A stretch of 64,000 nt of DNA from SAR324 cluster bacterium. Lineage in GTDB: Bacteria > SAR324 > XYD2-FULL-50-16. A program made the position numbers and the translations under genes. A model generated the notes under the pieces. It saw only the letters and a list, made by a program, of their open reading frames with translations, was not told the DNA's origin and made no database searches. This document shows positions 8,440-17,359 of this stretch, in pieces (within the stretch, counting starts at the first letter, position 1; each line of letters begins with the position of its first letter). The stretch covers positions 12,281 to 76,280 of the forward strand of contig JANQGZ010000059.1 in the NCBI GenBank assembly GCA_028282825.1. The letters run 5' to 3'.

Positions 8440-9156
8440 TTGGCTTTTATGAATTTCACTCGCAGCAAAATAACTCTTGAAAATCTCTCCTTCCGGTATC
8501 ATGACCGGACAATTCTTAATGAAACGTCGTACTGCTTCCCTGAAAACTCCATCACAGCCATTGTCGGGCCTTCGGGGATTGGGAAATCCACCTCTTTAAT
8601 GCTGTTCAACCGCCTGTGGGAATCGATCCCGGGAACGAAAATGACAGGAAAGGTATCTGTTTTGTTGGATGGATCAATGACCGATATTTATGCCTCCTCC
8701 TGTTCACTGCCTTATTTACGCAAGAAAGTGGGGACCGTGTTTCAAGTTCCTAATCCGCTTCCAATGAGTATCTTCAAAAACGTGGCCTTTCCCTTAAAAT
8801 TGTCGGGAGAAAAAAACAAAGAGAAAATTCGCACTGAAGTGGAATCGGCTTTGAAAAGGTCCTTTCTTTGGGATGAAGTGAAGGATCGGTTGAATCGCAA
8901 CGCCCTGGAATTGTCCGGGGGGCAGCAGCAGCGCTTGTGCGTGGCCAGGGCCTTGATTTTAAATCCTGAAGTATTATTGCTGGATGAGCCAACCTCTTCT
9001 TTAGATAAAACCTCTGCTAAGATTATAGAAGACCTTTTAATTTCTCTCAAAGAAACATGTACCTTGCTTTTGGTCTCCCACTACCAGGAGCAAGTTCAAC
9101 GGGTAGCCGATCAGGCCTTGGAGTTGGCGGACAAAAAATTTTGCCCGATATCCTGA
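8440..9156 (+). CDS. pstB: Phosphate ABC transporter ATP-binding protein PstB
   Basis: Walker A GPSGIGKST, signature LSGGQQQRLCVARAL and Walker B LLLDEPTSSLD are all present. Confidence 0.85.
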   Translation: MAFMNFTRSKITLENLSFRYHDRTILNETSYCFPENSITAIVGPSGIGKSTSLMLFNRLWESIPGTKMTGKVSVLLDGSMTDIYASSCSLPYLRKKVGTVFQVPNPLPMSIFKNVAFPLKLSGEKNKEKIRTEVESALKRSFLWDEVKDRLNRNALELSGGQQQRLCVARALILNPEVLLLDEPTSSLDKTSAKIIEDLLISLKETCTLLLVSHYQEQVQRVADQALELADKKFCPIS

Positions 9157-9309
9157 GCATCAGCCGAGAGCACTGGGTTCAGGCTTGTGTAACACTATTC
9201 GCGCCCCTTTTTTCTGTCACGCACCAGTCCCTTTAACCAGGCTTTTCCTTAATTTATCGTGACTGGTTGCCCATTATTCAGGGTGAAACGTCTCACCCAA
9301 CTGAATGAA

Positions 9310-10164
9310 TTAATTTGGTAGCATAGAAGATATAGGCGATGATCTGAATTTGCGAATAACTTGTTTTTGCATGGGATCCAGTAGCAACCTCGTAATCCAA
9401 TTAAATGCATAAAGCCAAGTCAGTCGGGGATAACGGGGAACATTGATCAGTGAGGCATTCCCTTGAAGCTTTTTTAAGATCATACCAGCTGTTCTATCAA
9501 CATCGACAGGCTTAAAAACAAGTTCTTCTTTCAAATCACATAACTTACCGTTATACATCGTCTTGGAATTCAAGAAGTTTGTGTCTATATAACCAGGGCA
9601 TATCACCTTAACATCAACTCCATAATCACAAGCTTCGGCCCTCAGCGCCGCCGTATGATTGATAATGGCTGCCTTGGCAGCTCCATAAGGTGCATTGGTC
9701 GAATACGACGTCAATCCGGCTAAAGAGGCTATGTTGATTATCTGTCCGGAACCTTGCTTTCTCATTTGTGCGAGTGCCAGCAAAGAACCTTGTGCTGCAC
9801 CGAAGTAGTTAACGGAAAAGATCCTATTCCATAAAGACATATCAAAATCGTCAAGGCTGGAGTCAAGCTTGGCTAAATCAAGTGCTTCTCCGCGAACATT
9901 GTAACCTGCGCCGTTAATGAGAATATCCAAGCGACCATAGGTTGATACCACATTAAGTATGAGACTTTTGAAATGATGTTCCTTCGTCACATCCAAGTGG
10001 ACTTCCGAAAGCCGTTGAGACGTTGAAAGATCACCGTGTTTGCTGTTTTTGATATCAGCTGAAATTACAGTAGCTCCAAGGTCGATCAACCTGGTGGAAA
10101 GAGACAGACAAATTCCGGAAGCTGCTCCTGTGATCAGGACAATTTTGTCTTTAAAAGATTTCAT
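9310..10164 (-). CDS. SDR-family oxidoreductase
   Basis: TGAASGIC (TGxxxGxG) and the catalytic YGAAK are present. I chose the start at MKSFKDKIVLITG (10164), which is preceded by GAGGA. The listed ORF extends to 10182. Confidence 0.85.
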   Translation of the reverse strand: MKSFKDKIVLITGAASGICLSLSTRLIDLGATVISADIKNSKHGDLSTSQRLSEVHLDVTKEHHFKSLILNVVSTYGRLDILINGAGYNVRGEALDLAKLDSSLDDFDMSLWNRIFSVNYFGAAQGSLLALAQMRKQGSGQIINIASLAGLTSYSTNAPYGAAKAAIINHTAALRAEACDYGVDVKVICPGYIDTNFLNSKTMYNGKLCDLKEELVFKPVDVDRTAGMILKKLQGNASLINVPRYPRLTWLYAFNWITRLLLDPMQKQVIRKFRSSPISSMLPN

Positions 10165-11124
10165 GATTATTCCTCGTAACATTTTGTATTAGCTTGCCTA
10201 TTTAGCAAACTAAAGAATTGAAAAGATGCCAAAAGCTGACTCATCTAAGACGATGTTTTTGCGAGATGGTTTTAAGGTTTTATTGGCGTTTGCTTCAGTT
10301 TTTGTGCAGGAGGGTTTTAAAAATTTTAGAGGTTCAACTGTAAATGATGTTTTGAAACCTTTCATTTGACCCGTGAGCATAGTCGTTTGAGTTGACTAAT
10401 CATAACGTTGGTAAACCTATCACCCTCTATCATTGGCAAAAAATGATATCTTAATAAGCTTGAAATTATAAAAGAAACTACAATCATCAAGAAAAAAGTT
10501 GAGCAAGTTGATGCCACAAAAAAGGCCAAAGCTCATACAACCAGCAAGCATAATAGAGGAAAATTGAAAAAAATTGGGGATAGATAACAACACGTTACAC
10601 AAGAGCCTGAAGCGATGCAAGTATCACAAGCTATTAAAACCAAATACATACTGGCTTACGGTACCTGATACACATACGATTTGCAAGAATTATCGACAAT
10701 AATTACAAACAACAAGTCACGCTCTTGAAACACATATATATAGTAGGAATAAAAAATATCGGAACGGTTAAAAAAAGGCCAGGCACAACGAAAAGACTCT
10801 AAATTAACGACGTCCCCAACAACCCACAATCCCAAAACATTCAAATCTAACCCTACCCAAACCCATCGGGCCACCTTGCCCAATTCATCGCTCCCATGCT
10901 ATCAATACCCCTGATAAATTAGACGCAAAAACCGCTCAGGGAAAAAAACAACTTCGGGTTTCTCTCAGGATTTATGTCCCCGAAGAAACAAATTCCCGGG
11001 GTCCGATGGTTTGTGTCCGAATTTAAAACATAACCCCCAGACAAAACCCCCTCTCAGCCGGTTTATCAAATCGCTGAGAGATAATTAGTGTTAGGTTTGA
11101 AAAACAGAGGTTCCAGTATAGCAA

Positions 11125-11574
11125 ATGAAAGATGTAATCATTCGCAATGCAAAAACTGATGATGCTGCAGCAATCGCTGATCTTTCGAATCAACTTGGCT
11201 ATCAAAGTACAGTAGCTCAATCTGAAAAACGGTTGATTGAAGTGCTTAAATCAAGGGATCATGCTGTATTCTTAGCTTGTACGCAAGAAAATGAAGTAGT
11301 TGGATGGATTCATGCTTTTTTAGCATATCGCATTGAATCTGATTGTTTTGCAGAAATAGGGGGTCTTGTAGTTTCAAAGTCTTTTCGTAACAAAGGACTT
11401 GGAAAAAGTTTGATTGCTGCAGCAGAGGAATGGACTATTCAAAAGGGTATTAACAAGCTTCGTGTTCGTACTCAAACTCATAGAACAGACGCTTTAGCAT
11501 TTTATGAACAACTGGGATATTCAAAGATAAAGTTTCAACAAGTATTTGATAAGCCCTTGAAATCAAAAGCCTGA
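11125..11574 (+). CDS. GNAT-family N-acetyltransferase
   Basis: 149 aa. Motif A is present as FRNKGLGKSLIAAAEEW, and the C-terminus ALAFYEQLGY is typical. Confidence 0.85.
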   Translation: MKDVIIRNAKTDDAAAIADLSNQLGYQSTVAQSEKRLIEVLKSRDHAVFLACTQENEVVGWIHAFLAYRIESDCFAEIGGLVVSKSFRNKGLGKSLIAAAEEWTIQKGINKLRVRTQTHRTDALAFYEQLGYSKIKFQQVFDKPLKSKA

Positions 11575-11780
11575 CAAAGATTTGCAGTGAACCGCCAGTT
11601 GGCCTTCGATAAGGTTACATATCCAAATGTCCGACAAATCCTTTGCAAACACCAAAACCTTGCGCGCAGTCACTGAAACCAGGGATTAAGTCCCAAAAAG
11701 AATCCCAAATTTCAAACTGCTTCTTTTGTTTTGCTTGCGTATGCGCTAGCATCCGGAAAAAACTTCTTATTTTTAGATTA

Positions 11781-11890
11781 ATGTTAAAAGCCGTAATTGA
11801 TACAAACGTTATTGTTTCAGCGCTAAAAGTGGAGAACTGCTATTTGAGAAACTGCAGATTATGACACCTGACGAATTCATAAAGGAGAAA
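11781..11890 (+). pseudogene. Internally deleted PIN-domain toxin remnant
   Basis: MLKAVIDTNVIVSALK is a typical PIN-toxin N-terminus. After about 18 codons the reading runs into stops. A C-terminal-like piece, ..TPDEFIKEK, ends at the antitoxin start. Only about 110 nt remain where about 400 nt would be expected. Confidence 0.35.
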
Positions 11891-11892
11891 AT

Positions 11893-12117
11893 ATGGCAAC
11901 GATCACAGTAAGGCTTCCGGATGACACCCATAAAAGAATTAAAGAACTGGCAGCATCAAGAAATACAAGTATCAATAAGCTCTATGAAGAATTCACCATA
12001 ATGGCATTGACTGAATTTGACGCCGAAAACCGTTTTAAGGTTATGGCAAGCAAAGGTAACAAAAAACGAGGACTTGAGTTATTAAACAAACTTCAGCGTC
12101 ACTATGGCGATAACTAA
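11893..12117 (+). CDS. Ribbon-helix-helix (CopG/Arc-type) antitoxin
   Basis: ATITVRLPDDTHKRIKELAASRNTSINKLYEE shows the RHH pattern. The RBS AAGGAGAA lies upstream. The gene overlaps by 14 nt the start of a truncated PIN-like ORF. Confidence 0.65.
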   Translation: MATITVRLPDDTHKRIKELAASRNTSINKLYEEFTIMALTEFDAENRFKVMASKGNKKRGLELLNKLQRHYGDN

Positions 12118-12259
12118 TACTCCCGGCTTAGCAAATAACCGGAGCTTACGGCATATCGTCCTCGATACTGTCGAATTTATTGGTCTTGGCAAACATGTAT
12201 TTAACGCAAAGTCCGGTGCAGCCGCAGCTCGGTTTGGTATTGGCCTGCACTGGAAGTGA
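12104..12259 (+). pseudogene. Truncated VapC/PIN-like toxin N-terminus (51 codons)
   Basis: Unlisted ORF MAITNTPGLANNRSLRHIVLDTVEFIGLGKH... HIVLDT resembles the first acidic PIN motif. The reading then drifts into G+C-rich sequence and stops, consistent with truncation by the adjacent insert. Confidence 0.3.
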
Positions 12260-13046
12260 TGATGACCCAACGGAGTTACAGATGAATGAAGAAGATGCAC
12301 TGGCATTTATAAAGGCATTGGCTTACAGAGAAGTAGTGGAAGGCGCTGCGGTTGCCTCGTCTTCACGCAACATTATTGAGCTTTGCTACAACTCAGACCT
12401 CCAATGGCCCTGGCCCCGTGAATTCAAGTATCGACTGGAATACCTTGCAGTAGCTGAAGCATCCGAGGTCGCTTCGGTAATCAATCTTGAGCACGAGATC
12501 GTCGTGAATCTGTTTCATCAGGATTTGGCATCCCAGGAGGCAATTCTGCACGAGTCGGGTCTTACTCGTGCCTGGGTCAACCCCATTATGGGCCGTGATC
12601 TTGCACAGCCATGGCTGCGACCGGCTCCTTTAAATGCAAATGCTCGTGAAGTAACGTCCGGCAAAGATCGGAATCGCTTCAATTCCATCCCGGGAATATC
12701 GAATCAGTCTGACGTTACAGACGATCGCATCCACTACTTCTTTTTTGAAAACGACGTGCAAGTCATAGCGAAAGGTCAGCTTATCTACCTCGGGAAAGGA
12801 ACAGCTTACATTTCTGATCTGTTTACAGATCAGACCTTCCGGCGGCAGGGATGGTGCAGCGCGATGATGGCGGTATTAGAAGAGAAGGCCAGGTCACTAG
12901 GAGCAACTCGGGCGGTGCTTGCGCCTGGTTTGGAACAAATAGAACTCCAACTCTATGAGCGTTATGGCTACTCCCGCACGGCGGAGAGGACATTGCTAAT
13001 ACCCTCGGGGCAAAAAGATGGTGAAGCCATTTTCACTTCGGCATAG
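12180..13046 (+). CDS. GNAT-domain protein (start uncertain; ATG at 12282 is an alternative)
   Basis: The C-terminal half carries motif A FRRQGWCSAMMAVLEEKA and ends LYERYGY. The listed start is a TTG. The region is visibly more G+C-rich than its surroundings. Confidence 0.6.
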   Translation: MVLANMYLTQSPVQPQLGLVLACTGSDDDPTELQMNEEDALAFIKALAYREVVEGAAVASSSRNIIELCYNSDLQWPWPREFKYRLEYLAVAEASEVASVINLEHEIVVNLFHQDLASQEAILHESGLTRAWVNPIMGRDLAQPWLRPAPLNANAREVTSGKDRNRFNSIPGISNQSDVTDDRIHYFFFENDVQVIAKGQLIYLGKGTAYISDLFTDQTFRRQGWCSAMMAVLEEKARSLGATRAVLAPGLEQIELQLYERYGYSRTAERTLLIPSGQKDGEAIFTSA

Positions 13047-13103
13047 GTTGGTTTCCCTTGCCACCAATGCTAACACCGGCACAAACCAAATAAGAGGTGC
13101 TCA

Positions 13104-13547
13104 ATGAAATCTGAAATGACTCCAAACCTGAAAGAAAGACCAGATCACCTGACACTCGAAAAGCACATGAAAGCTAAGGCCGCCGATCTCTACAAGGCTT
13201 GGACAGAAGATTTTGATCTATGGTTTGCTCAACCAGGCGAACTCATTATGGCCCCCGAAATCGACAAACCTTTCTTTTTTTATAATCGACACGACTGGGG
13301 ACGGCATGCTCACTACGGAAGGTTTCTTGAGTTAGAACAGGACCGACTCATTGAAATGACCTGGTTAACCGGCAAGGGAGGTACTTTCGGTGCCGAAACC
13401 GTCATTAGAATCGAACTTATTCCTCAAGACCAGGGCACAATGTTCCGCATGACTCATTCGGGGTTCGATGACGAGAAAGCGGCGAAAGCTCACAAAGACA
13501 ATTGGCCACTGGCCCTTGACGAACTCGATCAAAAGCTCACTACCTAG
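13104..13547 (+). CDS. SRPBCC/AHSA1-like family protein
   Basis: 147 aa. LYKAWTEDFDLWFAQPGE and the length match the Aha1/START-like SRPBCC pattern. The RBS AAGAGG lies upstream. Confidence 0.7.
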   Translation: MKSEMTPNLKERPDHLTLEKHMKAKAADLYKAWTEDFDLWFAQPGELIMAPEIDKPFFFYNRHDWGRHAHYGRFLELEQDRLIEMTWLTGKGGTFGAETVIRIELIPQDQGTMFRMTHSGFDDEKAAKAHKDNWPLALDELDQKLTT

Positions 13548-13756
13548 CTTTGTCGCGATTAAGTGAAGACATGTTAGCATTGGAGGGGTGGTTGATTGCG
13601 GCAGCTCGGAAAGTAAAGAATACCATCTAACCTGTCAATCAAGTAGGACGGTGCACTGGGAGCATGGTTTTCGAGATTTGGGCAGTCTAGGAGGCAGGGG
13701 GTCATGGTGGTCCTGCCGGCTTCGTGCACCGCCTCTTATTTCTGTTGTTATATTGC

Positions 13757-14050
13757 CTAAAGGTGAGATTCAGCATCCATAGATTTATGCAATACACGGA
13801 TAACTTGAACAATACTTTTGGAGGTGGATTTGTAGAAGATTATGTGACAACCTTGTGGAAACTTTCTATAGCCTTTGCTGATGTAGTCACATTTAATACC
13901 AAGATTGGGATTTTCTGAAAGTTCGGTAAAGCAGTCATCAAGTTGTTTAAGATATACATTCCTTTGCTTGATACCCCATCTTTTTGCTGTGTAACGACCA
14001 ATTTCAATTAGATCTGATAGAGCTTTACCTGAGAGTTTATAAACAGGCAT
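13757..14050 (-). CDS. parE: Type II toxin ParE/RelE family
   Basis: 97 aa. LSGKALSDLIEIGRYTAKRWG...GYRKFPQGCHIIFYK...IVQVIRVLHKSMD follows the ParE pattern. Its start overlaps the parD stop. Confidence 0.85.
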   Translation of the reverse strand: MPVYKLSGKALSDLIEIGRYTAKRWGIKQRNVYLKQLDDCFTELSENPNLGIKCDYISKGYRKFPQGCHIIFYKSTSKSIVQVIRVLHKSMDAESHL

Positions 14051-14289
14051 TAAAGATTCTCTTTATCAAGAGTTTCAATTAATTTTTCGTAGGAGTACTC
14101 AACAAAACCACTTTTTTCTCCCTCTTCAAGTAGACTACGGAGGTTTTTTAGATTTGTTTCCCTATCTTCAAGCATTCTTAATCCAGCTCTTACAACCTCG
14201 CTAACAGAGCTATAGCGACCAGTTTCGATTAACTGAGCAATGAAAGAATCAAAATGATTGCCAAGCGTTATACTCGTATTTTTTGCCAT
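14050..14289 (-). CDS. parD: Type II antitoxin ParD
   Basis: 79 aa. ITLGNHFDSFIAQLIETGRYSSVSEVVRAGLRMLEDRE is typical of ParD/COG3609 antitoxins. Confidence 0.85.
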   Translation of the reverse strand: MAKNTSITLGNHFDSFIAQLIETGRYSSVSEVVRAGLRMLEDRETNLKNLRSLLEEGEKSGFVEYSYEKLIETLDKENL

Positions 14290-14420
14290 GTCGGCTCCTT
14301 AATTTAGAATTGTACCAATATTTGGTATCTTACAAAAAGATACTTTTTGAGTCAATTTCCCGATATCTGAATCGAAAGCACCATAATACTGTAAAAAGCC
14401 GCCCGGAATGACGCACCGTC

Positions 14421-14475
14421 ATTTTAGAGTTCAGTTTTATGATTTTAAATTTACAGGCAGGGTTGCTGCCCAACG
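14421..14475. repeat. Heptad-repeat/hairpin element, degenerate copy
   Basis: ATTTTAGAGTTCAGTTTTATGATTTTAAATTTACAGGCAGG, followed by GTTG-CTGCC-CAAC. It is preceded by the hairpin AATGACG-CAC-CGTCATT. Confidence 0.5.
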
Positions 14476-14669
14476 ACTACAAAACATCTTAGATTTTTGG
14501 ACTACGATTGTAATTGGCTGTCGAATCCTGCATGGTAAAACCTCTTTGAATTATACCCATAAACTACCCCAAACTACCTTGATTAATAACCAAAAATAGT
14601 CAATAATTACCCTGATTATTGTCCATTTCACTGCTATAACTAGCTAAAACGATTAACATTAGTCAAATA

Positions 14670-15983
14670 ATGAAAAGAACACTGGAAAAATTGTTGTTGG
14701 ATTGGCAAAAAGATCCGGATCACAAGCCAATTTTGTTAAGAGGGGCAAGACAAGTTGGAAAAAGCTATCTGGTTGATTCAGTGGGTCAGACTTTTGTTAG
14801 TTATGTGGCGATTAACTTTGATCTGGATGAAAGCTTTTCCAGGATATTTGAGCAAGACAGAAACCCGGAGAGAATAATAAGAGACTTGTCTCTTGCAACT
14901 GGAAAACGAATAAATCCCGGGAAAACACTTCTGTTTTTGGATGAAATTCAAGAATGTCCTAATGCAATCCGAGCATTGAGATACTTTTATGAAAAAATGC
15001 CAAAGCTTCACGTCATCGGTGCGGGTTCACTTGTTGATTTCACGTTAGAAAAAATTGGCATTCCAGTGGGCAGAGTTGAAATACTAAATCTGTATCCTAT
15101 GTCTTTTGCCGAGTTTCTTCAGGCAAAAGAAAAGGACCTTTTAATCGAGGAATTGGCGAGACACGATCCAGGAAAAGAACTGCCTGAAATTGCACATAAT
15201 CAATTACTAAGACTCTATTGGGAGTATATGGCTGTTGGAGGTATGCCTGAGGCAATAGCGAAATGGTTACAAACATCGGACATAAAAAAAGTGAAAAAAG
15301 TTCATCGTTCGTTAATATCAACCTATCAACAGGATTTCGCGAAATACACCAACAGGTTTCAAGAGAAGTATGTAGATTTGGTTTATTCTTCCGTACCAAG
15401 ACTTACCGGTAATAAATTTATCTTTGCATCAATCAACGCTGATCTTAAGGCTCGTGAATTAAGACCTGCACTTGAATTACTTCAAAAGGCTGCAGTAGTG
15501 CATGCTGTTACACACACTTCTTCAGGGGGAGTTCCTCTTGCCGGAGAAAGCAATCCTCTTTTTTTTAAAGCTATAATGTCTGACATCGGCTTGATGCAAA
15601 CAATGTTGAATGTTGATACAGGAAGATGGATTTTACAACAGGAGCAGGTAGCCACAAATTTTGGGGCAGTTGTTGAGGCTTTTGTTGGGCAGGAAATGTT
15701 GGCTTATGCACCAGCCGACCAAAAAAAGGAGCTTTTTTATTGGGCACGACAAAAAAGAGGCTCAACTGCAGAAGTAGATTATGTAACCGAAATAAAAGAC
15801 CAGGTTATTCCTATTGAGGTTAAAGCAGGCAAGTCATACGTTTTGAAAAGCATGGAACTCTTTCTCAATGAAAAACAACACTCACCTTACGGCATTCATT
15901 TTTCACCAAAAAACTTTGGTTTTAAAAGCAAAATCAGGCAATTCCCACTATACGCTGTTCGAAAAGCACTTGTTCAGGAATAG
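14670..15983 (+). CDS. AAA+ ATPase with C-terminal DUF4143-type PD-(D/E)xK-like domain
   Basis: Walker A RGARQVGKS, Walker B LLFLDEIQ, and AEVDYVTEIKDQVIPIEVKAGK. It is collinear with the 2420-3754 paralogue over its whole length. Confidence 0.85.
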   Translation: MKRTLEKLLLDWQKDPDHKPILLRGARQVGKSYLVDSVGQTFVSYVAINFDLDESFSRIFEQDRNPERIIRDLSLATGKRINPGKTLLFLDEIQECPNAIRALRYFYEKMPKLHVIGAGSLVDFTLEKIGIPVGRVEILNLYPMSFAEFLQAKEKDLLIEELARHDPGKELPEIAHNQLLRLYWEYMAVGGMPEAIAKWLQTSDIKKVKKVHRSLISTYQQDFAKYTNRFQEKYVDLVYSSVPRLTGNKFIFASINADLKARELRPALELLQKAAVVHAVTHTSSGGVPLAGESNPLFFKAIMSDIGLMQTMLNVDTGRWILQQEQVATNFGAVVEAFVGQEMLAYAPADQKKELFYWARQKRGSTAEVDYVTEIKDQVIPIEVKAGKSYVLKSMELFLNEKQHSPYGIHFSPKNFGFKSKIRQFPLYAVRKALVQE

Positions 15984-16000
15984 ACATGGCATTGCCAAGA

Positions 16001-16041
16001 GATTTTAGATCTTAGCTTTATGGGTGGTGTTGCTTCGCAAC
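16001..16041. repeat. Heptad-repeat/hairpin element
   Basis: GATTTTAGATCTTAGCTTTATGGGTGGT, followed by GTTGC-TTC-GCAAC (16029-16041). It lies between two convergent genes. Confidence 0.6.
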
Positions 16042-16056
16042 GTTCAATCAGGAGCT

Positions 16057-17214
16057 TCAGGATTTGTCCTGGTTCCTCACTTCAAGGGTGATTTTGTAAA
16101 GGATGGTCAGGATTAACATTCCGATTCCGTAAACTCCCAGCGTAATAAGGATTTCGCTGGCTGAAGGTACATACTTTACAACCCGGTGAAAAGGGTTGGG
16201 GGTAAAACCTCCAACCATCAACCCTAATCCTTTTTCTATCCAGGTACCTACAAACACTGCCAGACAACCAATAACCAAGAGCGGTGTCTTCTTTCGCAAG
16301 CTGGGAATGACCATTATTATTGCTGCGACTCCCAAAAGCGCCATCGAACTCCACATCCAGGGAACCATAATTGAACTCCCGTTCAAACCCTTGAACAAAT
16401 AGAGGAAATGATCCATATGAGAGGGGATTCCACTGTAGAAAACGACGAATACTTCGCAAAGTAAAAAGAATATATTTGCCAAAAGGGCATAAGCCACGAT
16501 AACAGCGATTGTCTGCAGAGTTCCCTTCCCTGCATCAAACCCGGTCAATTTTTTCAGCATCAGCGCCAACAGAATCAACAGGGCAGGACCGGACGAGAAA
16601 GCCGAGGCCAGGAACCTGGGGGCCAGAATAGCAGTCAACCAGTATCCGCGACCTGCTAGTCCGCAATAGAGAAAGGCGGTGGCCGTATGGATCGAGAACG
16701 CTGTTGGTATCGATAAATAGATAAGCCATTTTACCCACTTGGGTGGTTTTACACCCTTGCGGTCCGAACCTACCACGTTCCAGCCGATTACCAAATTCAT
16801 CACCAGGTAACCCATGATAACCAGTCCGTCCCAGAAAATCATGGCTGAGGGTGTCGGGTGCAGAAACGCGTTGAGAAATCGTTCCGGTTTACCCAGGTGC
16901 ACAAACAAGAATAGAAGACACATCATCAAGGCGGGGACCGCCAGGAATTCGCCAAGAATGGTGATTTTTGCGAATTTTTTCAAATCATGAAGGTAATACG
17001 GCAAAACCAACATGATACCCCCTGCCGCAACACCAACCAGAAAGTTGGATTGAGACGTGTAGATTCCCCAGGATACGTCACGACTCATTCCCGTTATTCC
17101 CAATCCATACACCAATTGTTTGTGATAAAAAAAGATCCCGATTCCTATGACACAGAATAAAAAACCGATCCATCCCCAGTATCTTCTGTCACCTTTTAGC
17201 GCAATTTCCAACAT
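16057..17214 (-). CDS. NrfD/PsrC-family polytopic membrane protein (quinone-interacting subunit type), no partner subunits nearby
   Basis: About 10 TM helices. The N-terminus ..YWGWIGFLF...GITGMSRDVSWGIYTSQSNFLVGVAAGG is typical of the NrfD family. I chose the start at MLEIALKG (17214), which is preceded by GAGGAGG. The listed ORF extends to 17235. Confidence 0.7.
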   Translation of the reverse strand: MLEIALKGDRRYWGWIGFLFCVIGIGIFFYHKQLVYGLGITGMSRDVSWGIYTSQSNFLVGVAAGGIMLVLPYYLHDLKKFAKITILGEFLAVPALMMCLLFLFVHLGKPERFLNAFLHPTPSAMIFWDGLVIMGYLVMNLVIGWNVVGSDRKGVKPPKWVKWLIYLSIPTAFSIHTATAFLYCGLAGRGYWLTAILAPRFLASAFSSGPALLILLALMLKKLTGFDAGKGTLQTIAVIVAYALLANIFFLLCEVFVVFYSGIPSHMDHFLYLFKGLNGSSIMVPWMWSSMALLGVAAIIMVIPSLRKKTPLLVIGCLAVFVGTWIEKGLGLMVGGFTPNPFHRVVKYVPSASEILITLGVYGIGMLILTILYKITLEVRNQDKS

Positions 17215-17286
17215 GAATACCTCCTCAAACCCCATGATTTCAATATTTAATTATAATGATCGCTTTCATTTAATGAACGTGATTTT

Positions 17287-17306
17287 TAAATGAACACGTT
17301 CATTTA
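17287..17306. promoter_or_regulatory. Perfect 20-bp palindrome TAAATGAACACGTTCATTTA, probable TetR operator upstream of the NrfD-like gene
   Basis: Perfect dyad located between the tetR stop (17360) and the NrfD-like start (17214). A second, smaller dyad TTCATT-T-AATGAA lies at 17265-17277. Confidence 0.5.
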
Positions 17307-17359
17307 TTTAGACTAAAAGGTCGTCAGGGAGTTGGCAAGCATTATCTGAAGGGTGAGTC

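Noticed and set aside
12082-12306. 74-aa minus-strand ORF across the antitoxin/GNAT junction
   Set aside because: It is antisense to the RHH antitoxin end and the PIN remnant, has a Pro/Arg-rich composition typical of an off-frame G+C-rich read, and has no RBS.
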